A stretch of DNA of 59,466 nucleotides from Candidatus Saganbacteria bacterium. GTDB lineage: Bacteria > Margulisbacteria > WOR-1 > O2-12-FULL-45-9. Positions 9,792-18,943 of this stretch are shown one piece after another. The position numbers were made by a program, and so were the translations under genes. Every line of letters starts with the position of its first letter. The stretch's first letter is position 1. The notes under the pieces were generated by a model. The model made no database searches and was not told where the DNA came from. It saw only the letters and a program-made list of their open reading frames with translations. The stretch spans positions 1 through 59,466 of the forward strand of contig JACRKQ010000012.1 of the NCBI GenBank assembly GCA_016219705.1. Reading direction: 5' to 3'.

Positions 9792-10142
9792 ATGGCACTA
9801 CGGGGAATTAGAGGCGCTACGACAGCTGATGCGAATGAACGCGAGGTAATTGTCTCTGCTACCAAAGAGCTATTGCAGGCCGTGGCGGCCAAAAACAAAT
9901 TAAAGATCCCGGAGATTACTTCTATTATTTTTACCACTACCCCCGATCTGAATGCGGAATTTCCGGCGGTGGCGGCGCGGGAGCTGGGGTGGGAACAGAC
10001 CCCATTGTTATGCGCGACAGAAATTGCCGTGCCGGGGAGTTTGGGTCTATGTATCCGTGTTTTGCTCCACATCAATAGCAATAAAAAACAAGCCGCAATG
10101 GAGCACGTCTATCTCAAAGCGGCGGTCGGGTTGAGGAGGTAA
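9792..10142 (+). CDS. aroH: Chorismate mutase, AroH class
   Basis: RGIRGATT, DLNAEFPA.AAR, CIRVL, HVYL..A..LR. Confidence 0.93.
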   Translation: MALRGIRGATTADANEREVIVSATKELLQAVAAKNKLKIPEITSIIFTTTPDLNAEFPAVAARELGWEQTPLLCATEIAVPGSLGLCIRVLLHINSNKKQAAMEHVYLKAAVGLRR

Positions 10143-10149
10143 CTATTAA

Positions 10150-11169
10150 ATGATCATTATCATGCGGCCGGATGCGACAGAGCGGCAGGTTAATTCTATC
10201 GTTGATAAACTCAAAGCCCATGGCTTTGGCGTCCATCTCTCCAAAGGGGTGGAGCGGACCGTTATCGGCGCGATTGGCGACAAGAGCTCGATTGAACTGG
10301 AAAGCCTGCAGATGATGCCGGGGGTTTCCGAGATTGTCCCCATCAGAAAACCGTACAAACTTGTCAGTCGTGAATTCAAGAAAGAAGATACCATCGTTTC
10401 TCTCTCGGCCGAGGTTAAAGTAGGCGCCGGGCAAAAAATCCTGATCATTGCCGGACCCTGTTCGGTTGAAGGGGAAAAACAGATTATCGAAATTGCCGAA
10501 TTGGTAAAAGCCGCTGGGGCTAATGCTTTGCGGGGCGGGGCGTTCAAGCCCCGGACTTCCCCTTACGCCTTTCAAGGTTTAGGGGAGACCGGCCTTAAAT
10601 ATTTAGCCGCGGCCAGTAAAAAGACCGATTTGCCAATCGTCACCGAAGTTATGGACACGCGCGACGTCGCTCTCGTCGCCAAATATGCCGATATGCTGCA
10701 GGTTGGCGCGCGCAATATGCAAAACTTCAATTTGTTAAAAGAAGTCGGCAAGACTAAAAAACCGATTTTACTTAAAAGAGGGCCGGGTTCAACAATAAAA
10801 GATTTATTGATGTCGGCGGAATACATATTGTCGGAGGGGAATAATCAAGTTGTCTTGTGTGAACGGGGAATTAAAACCTTTGAAGATTCCACCCGTAACA
10901 CTCTTGATCTGAATGCTGTTCCGGTCATCAAAAAATGGTCGCATCTGCCGGTTGTAGTTGATCCCAGTCATGGGACAGGAGAGTGGGATCTGGTACCGGC
11001 GATGGCCAAAGCGGCGATTGCGGCGGGGGCGGATGGGCTGGCGATAGAAGTCCATCAGAAACCCGAAGCGGCTTTATCCGACGGCGCGCAATCATTGAAA
11101 CCGGATACTTTTGCCCAATTGATAAAGGAGCTGCGTCTGGTGGCGAAAGCGGTGGGGCGGGAGTTGTAA
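10150..11169 (+). CDS. aroF: DAHP synthase, type I-beta
   Basis: [34 protein letters not shown]. Confidence 0.95.
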   Translation: MIIIMRPDATERQVNSIVDKLKAHGFGVHLSKGVERTVIGAIGDKSSIELESLQMMPGVSEIVPIRKPYKLVSREFKKEDTIVSLSAEVKVGAGQKILIIAGPCSVEGEKQIIEIAELVKAAGANALRGGAFKPRTSPYAFQGLGETGLKYLAAASKKTDLPIVTEVMDTRDVALVAKYADMLQVGARNMQNFNLLKEVGKTKKPILLKRGPGSTIKDLLMSAEYILSEGNNQVVLCERGIKTFEDSTRNTLDLNAVPVIKKWSHLPVVVDPSHGTGEWDLVPAMAKAAIAAGADGLAIEVHQKPEAALSDGAQSLKPDTFAQLIKELRLVAKAVGREL

Positions 11170-11175
11170 GTTAGT

Positions 11176-11475
11176 ATGGCTAATAAATTGTATGGCAAAT
11201 TATTGGAAACCGTTACCGATGTTTCTGGCCGCAAAATAAATCTTTATCTAAATAGTTATAAACACATAATTAATAAGCATAATAAATTTGAGCTTTGGAT
11301 AAAACATTGGAAAAGAGTTATGGAAACTGTTAAACCCGATAAAAATGATTATTATGAGGATTTATTGGAAAATAGTGAAAAGATTCAAATACGAGTAATT
11401 AAGGAGAAAGGAGAGTATTTAATAAAAACAGCTATAATTGGCAAGGGGGTTATCACTAAATGGAAAAGAATATAG
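11176..11475 (+). CDS. Small AT-rich hypothetical protein, possible RNase toxin
   Basis: 99 aa, HI..KH motif and C-terminal IKTA; overlaps the next ORF; family is inferred. Confidence 0.55.
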   Translation: MANKLYGKLLETVTDVSGRKINLYLNSYKHIINKHNKFELWIKHWKRVMETVKPDKNDYYEDLLENSEKIQIRVIKEKGEYLIKTAIIGKGVITKWKRI

Positions 11476-11852
11476 TTTTTGAAATCGAGTATGATAAAGT
11501 ATTGGATGTGTTAAAGATATACGAGAAAAAACATAACCCTAAAAATATTGATTTTTTTCAATTTGAGAACCTGCCAATATATGTAATAGCTGAGAACGGC
11601 AATATAATTGGGATTGAATATTTTGAATATAAAAAACATGTGAAAGAATTCTATGGAGATAAAAAGAAAGAAATGGGGTTTAAAAATCAAAAACAAGCAG
11701 AGGAATTCCTACGAGGGAGTTTTTATTCTTTTTATAGGAATGAGTTTTCTGGCGGAAAAATAACCAGGATGGAAAACAGAAGAATAGAGATTAAAAATAC
11801 TTATTCTGAAAAGAAAATGCTGCGTAATTTAGAAGATTTAGTACCGGCTTAG
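11460..11852 (+). CDS. DUF2283-like small protein, possible antitoxin
   Basis: EYDKVLDVL.I and ENGNIIGIE resemble DUF2283. Confidence 0.5.
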   Translation: MEKNIVFEIEYDKVLDVLKIYEKKHNPKNIDFFQFENLPIYVIAENGNIIGIEYFEYKKHVKEFYGDKKKEMGFKNQKQAEEFLRGSFYSFYRNEFSGGKITRMENRRIEIKNTYSEKKMLRNLEDLVPA

Positions 11853-11948
11853 TTAATATTTTGCTAACAATCGTTTCGGATAGTAAGCAATGACTGTATA
11901 TTATGAGAAACGATAAAAAACCTTAATTGATAAAAATTGATATTCATT

Positions 11949-11975
11949 GAAATTTCTGATTTTAATCAAGGATAA
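11949..11975 (+). promoter_or_regulatory. Sigma28-like promoter motif GAAATTT-N12-AAGGATAA
   Basis: 6 nt upstream of ATG 11982; upstream region homologous to 13515-13573. Confidence 0.55.
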
Positions 11976-11981
11976 ACAATC

Positions 11982-12266
11982 ATGGCAATGCATCGTATTC
12001 CCAGACCTTTATTGAGACCGAGCGCTCATCCTCGCCTTCAGGCGAACTGGGCGATAAAAAATGCGCGCTTGCTAGCCCAAAGAAAAACACAAGCAGAAGA
12101 GAGACGCCAACTTTTAGAAAAGCTGGATGGCTCTAAACTGCACACGCTAGAGGCAGTTGCTGGAGCTGAATCAGCCTTTAATGAACTAAAAGTGAAAAAG
12201 TTGCTGCATTTAGCGGATTTTCAAATGGTTTTAGGTCTATATCAAATCAACGCCAGAAAAGTTTAG
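11982..12266 (+). pseudogene. Internally deleted paralog of the methyltransferase-like family
   Basis: N-terminus MAMHRIPRPLLR..HP resembles ORF 13574; last nine codons LYQINARKV identical to the ORF ending at 15270. Confidence 0.6.
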
Positions 12267-12279
12267 GCGTGTTTTCATA
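12236..12279 (+). repeat. 44-bp perfect direct repeat, copy 1
   Basis: tctatatcaaatcaacgccagaaaagtttaggcgtgttttcata, identical to 15240-15283. Confidence 0.95.
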
Positions 12280-12386
12280 GAAATATGAAAATTTAGCGTT
12301 TTTAAATCAAGCGGCGGAATCGCCGACCCCTATTTTGTGATTTGATTCTTTTAGTTTTTTGGGGTATTCTTATTTTTTAGCGGGAG

Positions 12387-12623
12387 GTGATGGCAATGAA
12401 AAAGATGGCTGAAAAATATGCCAGCATTATTCTTAAGGGCATAAAGACTCTGCCGGTTAGTGATGTGAAAGAACTTGCTAAATATGTACAATTTCTTTAT
12501 TTTAATCGAGCAGAAAGCAATTATGAACAGTTATTCGGCAGGGCGAAAAGCGCGGCCGAAAAAAAAGGGTATTCACTAAAAAACATCAACAAATTAATCA
12601 AGGCGGTCAGGAGTAATTCATAA
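12387..12623 (+). CDS. Putative antitoxin upstream of PIN toxin
   Basis: Small protein with GGGAGG RBS and C-terminal I.KLIKAVR, directly upstream of the PIN gene. Confidence 0.6.
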   Translation: MMAMKKMAEKYASIILKGIKTLPVSDVKELAKYVQFLYFNRAESNYEQLFGRAKSAAEKKGYSLKNINKLIKAVRSNS

Positions 12624-12630
12624 TAATCCT

Positions 12631-13047
12631 GTGATGCATCGATTAGTAATAGATACAAATATATTGATTTCAAGTTTGTGGGGCAACAAACCTCGGGAAT
12701 TGATTAACCTTTGGTTAAATGGCACTGTTCGAGTTTTAAGCACGCCGGCGATTATTGAAGAATATCTCTCAGTCTTGTCCCGCTTTGAATTAAGCCTGGA
12801 TGATATGCAGAAATGGACACGGTTATTTATTGAAAGGACAGAGAGAATAAGAGAGGAGACACTTGTAGATATTATAAAGGACGATCCGGCAGATAACAAG
12901 TTTTTATCTTGTGCTGTGGGTGGCAAGGCGGGTTATGTCGTTTCCGGCGATAAGCATCTTCTAAAAATAAAAAAATACAGTAATGTTGTCGTAATCAAAG
13001 TTTCAGATTTCCTTGGTATTTATCATCACGCTTTTGAAAGTTATTAA
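12631..13047 (+). CDS. PIN-domain toxin (PIN_3-like)
   Basis: VIDTNILIS, DPADNKFL.CA, VSGDKHLL. Confidence 0.9.
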   Translation: MMHRLVIDTNILISSLWGNKPRELINLWLNGTVRVLSTPAIIEEYLSVLSRFELSLDDMQKWTRLFIERTERIREETLVDIIKDDPADNKFLSCAVGGKAGYVVSGDKHLLKIKKYSNVVVIKVSDFLGIYHHAFESY

Positions 13048-13284
13048 TTCGGTTGCTAGCCCTGACAACCGTTTCCTATAGTATACAATAGCAGATCAAT
13101 AGGATTGACGAACGCAGCATTAAGCTGGATCTGGAGCCGCTGCTGGAAAATCAGAGTTTCATTAGAGATTTTTCCGGAAATATTAAGGCGGTTCTGCTCA
13201 AGAAACTTGATGAGAACTGGCGGTAGCTCTGGTCTGCTAAAACCGTCGGGCTGGAGCTTTAGGGTCCCCGAATCTTGCCAGCTT

Positions 13285-13495
13285 AAAAAATCTCAAATCT
13301 TATCTCAAATCTCTTTCCCGTATCATCTCGAAGATTTATCCCAAATTTTTTCTCAAATGGCACAAATTATTCCCTAATCATTATTTGATTTTGACGGTTT
13401 GAGAATAATTTTGGTAATTAGTGAATTAGATTGGAGATAGATTTATTGGTGATAATTTGGGAAGGTGATTAGTGATAAAATTTGGGATTTTATGG
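13285..13495. repeat. About 210-bp imperfect inverted-repeat element built from 12-mer TC(T/C)CAAAT units
   Basis: Units start at 13291, 13303, 13339 and 13351; complementary arm at about 13398-13492. Confidence 0.6.
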
Positions 13496-13540
13496 CACAC
13501 AGGCCAATACTCAAAAATTGATAAAAATTGATATTCATGT

Positions 13541-13567
13541 GAAATTTCTGATTTTTATCAGTGATAA
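13541..13567 (+). promoter_or_regulatory. Sigma28-like promoter motif GAAATTT-N12-AGTGATAA
   Basis: 6 nt upstream of ATG 13574. Confidence 0.6.
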
Positions 13568-13573
13568 ATAGGC

Positions 13574-14659
13574 ATGGCAATAGGTCGTATCCCAGGACAT
13601 TTGTTAAGACAAATAACACTCTCCCATCCTCATCAACGCGCCGGTTGGGCGGTACCATTAGAAGATCTTTGTCATGCGGGAGAGAGAAGCCGTCACGAAA
13701 AAATTCGGGAACTAGTTTTGCAGGATTGCCCAGAAGAGGCCAGCTTTTGGTCAGATACATATGATAGGAACGACACTTCTTTGGCAGAATATAGTTTACG
13801 AAGGGAACTACACAGGAAAAGAATGGTTATCGCTTTTCAAAAATTATCTTTGAGCAGTCATCTTGATTATCATGATCTTGCTCTACTTTATTATGCCCTG
13901 CAATCTGGCCGGTATTGTTTAGGAACGGGGGGTAATGCCGGAATTATTGTTACCGCACTGCGAGATTTAAAGGTGCGGCGCATTTCTTCTCCAAACATTT
14001 TAGTTTTGGGCTTTTCCTCCGTCTACTCATTAGAAAATCTTGCGGCGCTTCTTAAATTAGTCGGCTTTAAGAATGCCAATATTGTAGCGTTGAATATTGC
14101 TCTTGCTCCTTTGACTATGGCCAAAGAAGAATTTGGCGGGAAAATTTGCGGCTATCCTATAAGTTATGTGAAAGGCGACGCCAGAGAATTGCCCTTTGCC
14201 AACAGCTCCTTTGATTTGGTTGCCACGCATCTGTTTTTAGGACATTTCCCTAATAATGAAAAAAAATGTGTTTTGGAAGAGGCATACCGCGTGCTGCAAA
14301 AAGGCAGAGACTTTGTAGATGCAGAAATAGTTGTTGAGCAATGGTTCGATAAGGCTGAATATATAAAGACTTTTGCAGAGTTAGGAAAAAAATTTAAAGG
14401 AACAAGTAACGAACGAAAACGCGCCGGCGATTACTTAAAAAAATTTGCCTCTTTTTTCCCATTTTATCCCTATACCTTATCCCCTTATTTTAATCCAGGG
14501 TATCCTTATGAGCGATTATTTGATGTTTCGTGGTTTATTCGCATTAAAGTAGACTTAGATAAACAGGGCTTTGTTGCAGATCTTCACGGTTCAAATCCTC
14601 AAGCCTTATACCCTGGCTGCGAAGCCCGCATTTGCCAGATTCGGGCGCGGAAAGAGTGA
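13574..14659 (+). CDS. Class I SAM-dependent methyltransferase-like protein with orphan N-terminal region
   Basis: ILVLG, GDARELPF..SSFDLV, EAYRVL..G. Confidence 0.75.
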   Translation: MAIGRIPGHLLRQITLSHPHQRAGWAVPLEDLCHAGERSRHEKIRELVLQDCPEEASFWSDTYDRNDTSLAEYSLRRELHRKRMVIAFQKLSLSSHLDYHDLALLYYALQSGRYCLGTGGNAGIIVTALRDLKVRRISSPNILVLGFSSVYSLENLAALLKLVGFKNANIVALNIALAPLTMAKEEFGGKICGYPISYVKGDARELPFANSSFDLVATHLFLGHFPNNEKKCVLEEAYRVLQKGRDFVDAEIVVEQWFDKAEYIKTFAELGKKFKGTSNERKRAGDYLKKFASFFPFYPYTLSPYFNPGYPYERLFDVSWFIRIKVDLDKQGFVADLHGSNPQALYPGCEARICQIRARKE

Positions 14660-15270
14660 AAAAGAATGATTACAAATTTACAACCATATATTCCCTGGAA
14701 AATCTGGGGGCGATCCTATCTCTGGTTGGTTTTAAAAACGCCACAATTGTTGCCCTGGATATTTCTGCCTCTCCTCTGGAAAAAGCCAGGGCGCATTTCG
14801 GCCGGACCGTCTTTGGGTTTCCGGTTGAATACGTCCAGGGCGATGCCTTGGCGCTGCCCTTCGACAATGATAGTTTTGACCTCGTAACGACGCATCTTTT
14901 TATGACTCATATCGCGGATCAACGCAAGAATCAAGTACTGGCTGAGGCCGGCCGCGTTTTAAGACGCGACAGGGAGTTTATAGATGAAGAGATTGTTGTT
15001 CCACCCGGAACCGATCTGGACAAATATAAATGGTTTTATGCAACTTTAGCAGATGAATTTCCTGGAACACCAGAGCAGAAAGCTAAGGTCGCGCAATATA
15101 TGGTGGAACTTGGCGCTTATTCTGAATTTTATCCCTATGGAAGCGAGAAATCTCTCGTCGCAAGTATGAATAGTAACGGGTTTGAGGCGCACTTAGGCGG
15201 TCTTCAAGAAAAACGTCTTTATGTGAACGTCTGTGCCTCTCTATATCAAATCAACGCCAGAAAAGTTTAG
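14656..15270 (+). CDS. N-terminally truncated paralog of the preceding methyltransferase-like protein
   Basis: YSLENL..L.LVGFKNA.IVAL, GDALALPF..DSFDLV; lacks motif I; GTG overlaps the upstream TGA. Confidence 0.65.
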   Translation: MKKNDYKFTTIYSLENLGAILSLVGFKNATIVALDISASPLEKARAHFGRTVFGFPVEYVQGDALALPFDNDSFDLVTTHLFMTHIADQRKNQVLAEAGRVLRRDREFIDEEIVVPPGTDLDKYKWFYATLADEFPGTPEQKAKVAQYMVELGAYSEFYPYGSEKSLVASMNSNGFEAHLGGLQEKRLYVNVCASLYQINARKV

Positions 15271-15283
15271 GCGTGTTTTCATA
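15240..15283 (+). repeat. 44-bp perfect direct repeat, copy 2
   Basis: Identical to 12236-12279. Confidence 0.95.
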
Positions 15284-15349
15284 AAATATATTAATTCCGA
15301 TTTATCCGAAGATGATTTAAATGATTTCAGGCAATTTTTAAAATAGAGT

Positions 15350-15376
15350 GAAATTATTTGTAGAAGGGGTCGAGAA
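15350..15376 (+). promoter_or_regulatory. Sigma28-like promoter motif variant GAAATTA-N12-GTCGAGAA
   Basis: aaatagagtgaaatt (15341-15355) is identical to the reverse complement of 28776-28790. Confidence 0.5.
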
Positions 15377-15409
15377 ATGTTTGAGAGATGTTTGAGAGAT
15401 GTTTGAGAG
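15377..15409 (+). repeat. Tandem repeat (ATGTTTGAGAG)x3
   Basis: Three perfect 11-mers between the motif and ATG 15419. Confidence 0.95.
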
Positions 15410-15418
15410 AAAACAAAT

Positions 15419-17167
15419 ATGAACGTTAAAGTTGAGCGAAGTATTAGCCATTGGTTGGGACGATTTGGGAAATTGGCCTACACAAGTGGTCTTACGCGAG
15501 TCGGAAATGAAATTGCTCAACGTTACGGCCAAACAAGATCAAATACTCAAAATCCATTCAGAATTAGAGTAACAGAATCAGGTCTTCTACTAGATGACGG
15601 GCCGGCTCTAGTTTCCCCTCATAAAATCCTTGCTCGGCGCTTATGGCAGGTTGGAGTCGATTCAATCGTTGTTGATTCAGAAACAAAAGCACCTGATTTT
15701 AAGCATGTTTTTCGGCAACTGCTTTATCGGACACAGCGAGAGCTGGAAAACAGCAAGGTTATTAATTTTTCGTGGATGGATTCGCATAAACAAAAAGAAG
15801 TAGAAAGTGCTATTGCTCGATATCAGAGTGAGATGAGTACTGGCCAAAGTGTCTTTGCAAGACCCTGGGTAACTCCTGATAGATTGGCTTTCCTTGGAGA
15901 TAGCCTCTTTGCGAATACGCGGGCTTTCACCATTTTCCCAGAACAAAAGGATTCATTGGCCGGATTCCTGACCCGTTGCTTGCTTTCAGAGGAGATAAAA
16001 CCTGATTTTCCGAGCTATGGACGTCCTTACCCAATAGATGTTCCTTCGATCATGCGTGATGGCGTTGGATATAACGTCCTGCTCGCTTATTCTAAACCGA
16101 AACCGTCACCAATGCATGTGCCGGAGTCCACTTCCCGCAGCACGGTGTTTGCTGCTCCGGCGGCAACATATAAAGATATTTTCTGTGAGCCTGAAGAAAT
16201 TGAAAAAGATCGAACCACTTCGACCTACGTTCATTACATGCCGGAGAGTCTTGTCACGCAACTGATAAAATGGCTGGCGATGAAAAAAATGGGGCAACAG
16301 AGTGCTGTTTTTATTTGGGTGGTAAATGACTTTATGACTTTGAATGGTCAAGGGTTTGTAGCGGGAAGAACTCCGCTCCAAAGCAAGTTGGAAGATTTTG
16401 TCCAAACACTTCTCCGAGAAATCTACGCTGAAGATTCAACGGCTCGTCCCATATTTTTTCTAATTCCCGATATCCCCACTTTAACATTAAAACCAATCTA
16501 TCAAGAAGGAGATTGGAGCAATTATCAAAAGGGTGAGAAGATGAAGTATTTTCGCGATGGTCGGCCAATTCCCTGGGGAAGCTTTGCGATGCCCTTCATC
16601 CTTGATCTTGTGCGCCAGCAAGGGCAGCACAAGCCTGATGATGTGATCCTACCACAGGAAGTGCTCCGGACATATAGGGCGATTGAAAAATTTAATCTGT
16701 TTCTGCGAAGGCTCACCGAAGCTAATTCACGTGTTTCTGTCATTGATGTGAATGCCTTGCTGAGGGAGGCAGCACGAGGAGAACTTGGTGGAAAATTGTT
16801 CACAGAGGATGGCGTACATCCAACTCCTATTCTCCAGGCCTTAGCAGTTAATGTTATTATAACATCATTAAATGAGCAGTTAGGTTTGCAATATCCAACA
16901 ATAACCCCAGAACGACTTGCTCTCATTCGCAACGATTACTCGAAAGAGGCTCCCCCGTTAAATGAAATTCAGCAAGTCCGCCGTGCTCTTGTGAACAGGC
17001 TAATTGTCTATGCCTGTCGAGCAGGAGGATCCTTTATTCGTCGACTCCCCTGGCAACATACTAAAAAAATATTTCCTGCGGTGATAAGCTTTCTCTGGTG
17101 GACGAGTGTTTCTCGACGATTTCAAGCAATGTCAAAAAAGCTTGAGAATATTTTATTCAAACATTAA
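15419..17167 (+). CDS. SGNH/GDSL hydrolase-like protein with long orphan N-terminus
   Basis: LAFLGDSL (block I), VVNDF (block III-like), FTEDGVHPT (block V). Confidence 0.7.
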   Translation: MNVKVERSISHWLGRFGKLAYTSGLTRVGNEIAQRYGQTRSNTQNPFRIRVTESGLLLDDGPALVSPHKILARRLWQVGVDSIVVDSETKAPDFKHVFRQLLYRTQRELENSKVINFSWMDSHKQKEVESAIARYQSEMSTGQSVFARPWVTPDRLAFLGDSLFANTRAFTIFPEQKDSLAGFLTRCLLSEEIKPDFPSYGRPYPIDVPSIMRDGVGYNVLLAYSKPKPSPMHVPESTSRSTVFAAPAATYKDIFCEPEEIEKDRTTSTYVHYMPESLVTQLIKWLAMKKMGQQSAVFIWVVNDFMTLNGQGFVAGRTPLQSKLEDFVQTLLREIYAEDSTARPIFFLIPDIPTLTLKPIYQEGDWSNYQKGEKMKYFRDGRPIPWGSFAMPFILDLVRQQGQHKPDDVILPQEVLRTYRAIEKFNLFLRRLTEANSRVSVIDVNALLREAARGELGGKLFTEDGVHPTPILQALAVNVIITSLNEQLGLQYPTITPERLALIRNDYSKEAPPLNEIQQVRRALVNRLIVYACRAGGSFIRRLPWQHTKKIFPAVISFLWWTSVSRRFQAMSKKLENILFKH

Positions 17168-17275
17168 AAAATGGAGGCCATAAAAAATGACGGGAATAGT
17201 TAGATTTGGAGAGCTGAACTCGGTGGAGGATACAGCCAAATTATCATTGGACATATTTTTGGAGGTCTCAATACT

Positions 17276-18943
17276 ATGTTAAACAGACCTAGAGCAATAT
17301 CTAATCTGCGAACAAATATTCATCAAACAAGACGCTATGATGTTGCCATAATAGGCGCGGGCGTAGTTGGTTCTGCCGTTGCTGTTTCTTGCGCGCGTAG
17401 AGGCTGGTCTGTCCTCGTATTGGACAAAGGCGATCTGGCGGGAGAAACTTCATCAAACAGCACAGGCCTTCTTCACGGAGGGGCCCGATATGCGGAAAAG
17501 TTAGAATTTGGCATGGTGCTTTCAGCCATCCGTGGGCGCGAATATTTCAAGAAGGCTTTCCCAAATTTAGTTGTTGAAAGGCAATATTTTGTTCCAGCCT
17601 TTCAGGCAGGGAAGCATGGTTATCGAAAAATGCAGATCGGCCGATGGTTGTATGACCTGACTAAACTGTTTGGGTTGAGTTCCTTCCCTAGAGGCAGGAC
17701 GATAAGCGCCGCTGAGTTATCATCGGAAAACATTCCTTGGGCGCAAGATAAGGTCAGGGGCGGATCGTTTTTCTGGGATGGGCAAACTGACGATCATCGC
17801 TTAGCCTTAACGATGTTAATGATTGCGGCTCAACATCAGGCTGATATTATCAGCAGAATGGAATGCAGAGGCTTTGTTCATGATGGAGGCAGGGAAGGCG
17901 GCGTTAGTGGGATTGAGGCAAGAGATCTGCTAAGTGATGAGATATTTAACGTTAAAGCTGATGCGATTGTAAACGCTGCGGGGCCTTGGGCCCAAGATGT
18001 ATATGGATTAAATGATCCGCCAGCCTCCCAATTTCAAACGCTTGATGCAGGGTCTCATCTGATCGTACGCAATTTTTTTGGCCGGCCAATGAACTTTGGC
18101 TTTTTTGCGGAATTCAAAGATGGGCGATTGGTTTTTATCCTGCCGCATGGGCGCAATCTCCTTGTTGGCACGACTTCCGAAGGAAGAAGAGAATCGATCG
18201 ATAATGTACTTCCGGTTTTGCGGCATAACCAATATCTTCTTAACGGAGTGAACAATCTTTTCCCTTTTGCCGCTCTTAAGCCTGCCGATATAATATATGC
18301 GTATTCCGCGCACCGGGCTTTATTTAATGACACCAAGGCAAAGAACTCTGATGCTTTGTCCCGAGAAAATAAAATATTCATCTCCCCTCAAGGATTAATT
18401 ACTATTATCGGCGGGAAAATAACCACTGCGCCTTTGATCGGTGAAAAGGTGGCTAGCTTGGTCGCTAGAGGCAAGAATCTTCCCTTCGATCGCCTTTCAA
18501 CAAAGATGCCTTTTGAATCTTTGGACGAAACAGACAGACTTTTGTTTGTTAATGATAAAGCCCAGATTTTAATGGACAGATATCATATCGATCGAAGGCG
18601 ATGCGAACACCTGTTATTAAAATATGGAATGCGTGCGAGAGCTGTGCTTGATGCGGCGGAAGGTGACGAAAAATTATTACTTCCTTTAGAACCAGGGGGA
18701 ATGGAGGTTGGGGCGCAGGTAGTATATGCTGCCAGAAACGAAATGGCTCTTGGGGTAATCGATGTTCTGTCGCGAAGAATTAGATTGGAAAGAGAAGTTG
18801 GCAATGGCCTTAGCGCTTCATCAGTAGTTTCTCATATCTTGGCTAAAGAACTAGACTGGTCCAAATCGGAAACTGCCGCTCAAGCTGCGGCATATCATGA
18901 AAGGGTTAGGAAAGTGGCACAAGCCGTCGGGCGAGAAGTTTAA
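17276..18943 (+). CDS. glpD: FAD-dependent glycerol-3-phosphate dehydrogenase/oxidase (GlpD/GlpA family)
   Basis: IIGAGVVG, TSSNSTGLLHGGARY, DGQTDD.RL, NAAGPW, GGKITT, DVLSRR. Confidence 0.8.
   Translation: MLNRPRAISNLRTNIHQTRRYDVAIIGAGVVGSAVAVSCARRGWSVLVLDKGDLAGETSSNSTGLLHGGARYAEKLEFGMVLSAIRGREYFKKAFPNLVVERQYFVPAFQAGKHGYRKMQIGRWLYDLTKLFGLSSFPRGRTISAAELSSENIPWAQDKVRGGSFFWDGQTDDHRLALTMLMIAAQHQADIISRMECRGFVHDGGREGGVSGIEARDLLSDEIFNVKADAIVNAAGPWAQDVYGLNDPPASQFQTLDAGSHLIVRNFFGRPMNFGFFAEFKDGRLVFILPHGRNLLVGTTSEGRRESIDNVLPVLRHNQYLLNGVNNLFPFAALKPADIIYAYSAHRALFNDTKAKNSDALSRENKIFISPQGLITIIGGKITTAPLIGEKVASLVARGKNLPFDRLSTKMPFESLDETDRLLFVNDKAQILMDRYHIDRRRCEHLLLKYGMRARAVLDAAEGDEKLLLPLEPGGMEVGAQVVYAARNEMALGVIDVLSRRIRLEREVGNGLSASSVVSHILAKELDWSKSETAAQAAAYHERVRKVAQAVGREV

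Noticed and set aside
11855-13100. Integron attC sites after the TA-like pairs
   Set aside because: CTAACAA-like starts are present, but I found no matching GTTRRRY end at a suitable distance and no integron integrase
13105-13377. 90-aa ORF with SQI repeats
   Set aside because: TTG start, no recognisable domain; the periodicity comes from the 12-mer DNA element
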